Positions 53,489 to 55,598 of a DNA stretch of 55,598 nt are shown here, piece by piece. A program made the translations under genes and the position numbers. Each line of letters begins with the position of its first letter. Position 1 is the stretch's first letter. A model generated the notes under the pieces. The model had not been told where the DNA came from. It worked only from the letters and a program-made list of their open reading frames with translations, and searched no databases. Location: the sequence record DRR723986_23521; one strand, written 5' to 3'.

Positions 53489-54216
53489 TATAATAATGTT
53501 ACTTCTTTAAAATCAAAAGTTTTAATAATATCATCTTCTGTCCAAACTCTTAGCTGACCTTGGTCAGTTATACCTTTAATTATACCCGAAAACGTTTCAT
53601 TAGATAAGTATTTAAACGTTGAAGGTTTATCCTTTCTAAACAATAGGCACTCATATTGAGTTTTTATAAATGTATATTCTTTATCTTCTAATAACTTAAA
53701 ATTAGACTTTAAGTTATCTAGTATTTTGGTTAACACCTCATCTTTATCATAAGAAATACCGGTGATCTTGCTTAAGGATGATGCCTGTGGTAGATCCTTA
53801 AAGTTTTTTTGATTTACATTTAAGCCAAACCCAATAACAGATCCATGAAGTGAATTATTCTTTATGACATTTTCTATCAAAATACCACACAACTTTTTGT
53901 TTGCTGACAAAATGTCGTTAGGCCATTTTATGTGTAATTGTGGAATATTTAGCGCTTTTAAAGCGTCATAAATAGCTAATGATACTACCATACTGATATA
54001 AAACCGTTGCTCAATTTTAACAAAGGAGACCTTCTTAAACACACTAACTGTAAGGTTTTTACCATTATCAGCTTTCCAAACTGTACCCATTTGACCTCTA
54101 CCCTGTGTCTGTGATTCTGTCACAACTACTGTGTAATCCTTTGGTAATTGAGCCGCTGTCAATGCCTTTAAATAGGAATTTGTTGAGTCAATGGCATCAA
54201 GTTTGATTATATACAT
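53485..54216 (-). CDS. birA: Biotin--[acetyl-CoA carboxylase] ligase (no N-terminal HTH)
   Basis: IDSTN, QTQGRGQ, IKWPND, KLCGILIE, GFGLNVN. Confidence 0.93.
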   Translation of the reverse strand: MYIIKLDAIDSTNSYLKALTAAQLPKDYTVVVTESQTQGRGQMGTVWKADNGKNLTVSVFKKVSFVKIEQRFYISMVVSLAIYDALKALNIPQLHIKWPNDILSANKKLCGILIENVIKNNSLHGSVIGFGLNVNQKNFKDLPQASSLSKITGISYDKDEVLTKILDNLKSNFKLLEDKEYTFIKTQYECLLFRKDKPSTFKYLSNETFSGIIKGITDQGQLRVWTEDDIIKTFDFKEVTLLY

Positions 54217-54308
54217 GCGGTATAGTTTTATTTTATAGTTTTCTTATGACTATAACAGCCTACAAGAACTAAAAAAATAATAACTTTGCATAAAATTAAT
54301 TCAATTTA

Positions 54309-54680
54309 ATGACGAAAGAAAATACGAGCGCAGACCAACTCATTACAACAATAATTGGAGGTATTGAAGAGGTTAAAGGAAAAGAAATTACAATATTAGA
54401 CTTAAGAGAAATAGAAAATACGGTTTGCGATTATTTTATTATTTGTGAAGGTACTTCTAATACACAAGTAAATGCTATCGTTAATTCAATTCAAAAGCAA
54501 GTTAGTAAAACCACAAAAGACAAGCCTTGGCATATAGAAGGTACTGATAATGCTGAATGGGTTCTAATGGATTATGTTAATGTTGTTGTACACGTGTTCC
54601 AAAAACATATTAGAGAGTACTATGATATTGAGAGTCTTTGGGGAGACGCTAAAACTACCCAAATAGAAACTAGTTACTAA
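54309..54680 (+). CDS. rsfS: Ribosome silencing factor
   Basis: DYFIICEG, WVLMDY...VHVF...REYYDIESLW; TAACTTTG at 54281-54288. Confidence 0.95.
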   Translation: MTKENTSADQLITTIIGGIEEVKGKEITILDLREIENTVCDYFIICEGTSNTQVNAIVNSIQKQVSKTTKDKPWHIEGTDNAEWVLMDYVNVVVHVFQKHIREYYDIESLWGDAKTTQIETSY

Positions 54681-54698
54681 AAAAGAGAAAAGCTACTA

Positions 54699-55598
54699 AT
54701 GGCAAAAGACAATAAAAATTTAAATAAAAAACCAAAAATGAATCCGTATTGGATATACGGAGTCATCATAGCTGTATTTTTATCAATTCAACTATTTTCA
54801 GGTGGATTTAGTGGAAGTACAGGCACTCAAACAACACCTGCTCAATTTTTAGATTACCTAAGCAAAGGCGATATAGAACGTGTAGTTATTGTTAATAAAA
54901 GAGAGGCTAGAGTATATCTAACTAAGGAAGCACAACAACAAGAGATACATAAAAAATCTAAACCGCAAACGATCTTTCCATCGGTTTCGGCTGTACCAAA
55001 TTATAAATTTGAATTTGGTGATCTTCAAAATTTTGAAAAAGATATCAGTCAAATTAAAGAAGAAAACAATTTAACAACCGAAGTTGAATATGATACAGAA
55101 CAAAATGTTTGGGGTGACTTTCTTTTAACCTTATTACCATTTGTATTAATTATTGGTGTTTGGATTTTTATAATGCGTCGCATGTCCTCTGGAGGAGGTG
55201 GCGGTGCTGGTGGCCAAATATTTAATATTGGTAAATCTAAGGCTAAGCTGTTTGATGAAAAGACTGATACTAAAACTTCTTTTAAAGATGTAGCTGGTTT
55301 AGAAGGCGCAAAAGAAGAAGTTCAGGAAATTGTAGATTTCTTAAAATTTCCGGAAAAATATACTGCTTTGGGAGGTAAAATACCAAAAGGAGCCTTACTT
55401 GTAGGACCTCCTGGAACTGGTAAAACATTATTAGCAAAAGCAGTTGCTGGTGAAGCTAAAGTACCTTTCTTTTCATTATCAGGCTCGGATTTTGTGGAAA
55501 TGTTTGTAGGTGTGGGTGCATCTCGAGTAAGAGATTTGTTTAAACAAGCCAAAGAGAAATCACCATCAATCATTTTTATTGATGAAATTGATGCAATT
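54699..55598 (+). CDS. ftsH: ATP-dependent zinc metalloprotease FtsH, 3' end outside window
   Basis: Manual translation [13 protein letters not shown]..., two TM segments, [35 protein letters not shown]. Confidence 0.96.
   Translation, partial: MAKDNKNLNKKPKMNPYWIYGVIIAVFLSIQLFSGGFSGSTGTQTTPAQFLDYLSKGDIERVVIVNKREARVYLTKEAQQQEIHKKSKPQTIFPSVSAVPNYKFEFGDLQNFEKDISQIKEENNLTTEVEYDTEQNVWGDFLLTLLPFVLIIGVWIFIMRRMSSGGGGGAGGQIFNIGKSKAKLFDEKTDTKTSFKDVAGLEGAKEEVQEIVDFLKFPEKYTALGGKIPKGALLVGPPGTGKTLLAKAVAGEAKVPFFSLSGSDFVEMFVGVGASRVRDLFKQAKEKSPSIIFIDEIDAI

Overview
AT-rich chromosomal window from a Flavobacteriaceae bacterium (Bacteroidota). The taxonomy is inferred from TAnnTTTG promoters, type IX secretion (T9SS) cargo proteins and gene content. 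About 50 genes, mostly housekeeping (folE, cysS, yidD, lgt, secDF, mdh, gyrB, asnB, queE, rluF, folD, ffh, argS, pyrE, biotin ligase, rsfS, partial ftsH), interspersed with lipoproteins and secreted proteins. I recognised no tRNA, rRNA, CRISPR array or mobile element. Two signals stand out. (1) The 206-aa exported ORF directly upstream of secDF ends in ...IPEVRAGP, the SecM-type ribosome arrest motif, and is followed by RNA hairpins: a candidate secretion-monitoring arrest peptide. (2) A bipartite motif GGTAGGA-N15-YTGTTATAT occurs three times with identical spacing: before the FecR/TonB-receptor genes, before the divergent acidic lipoprotein, and about 32 kb away before a large secreted adhesin-like operon that shares a repeat module with that lipoprotein. 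This is a candidate ECF-sigma surface-signalling regulon. Also seen: a small ORF interrupted by an in-frame TGA, a T9SS cargo gene with a broken 5' end, and several normally cytoplasmic enzyme families carrying lipoprotein signals. All calls are by eye; no database searches were run.
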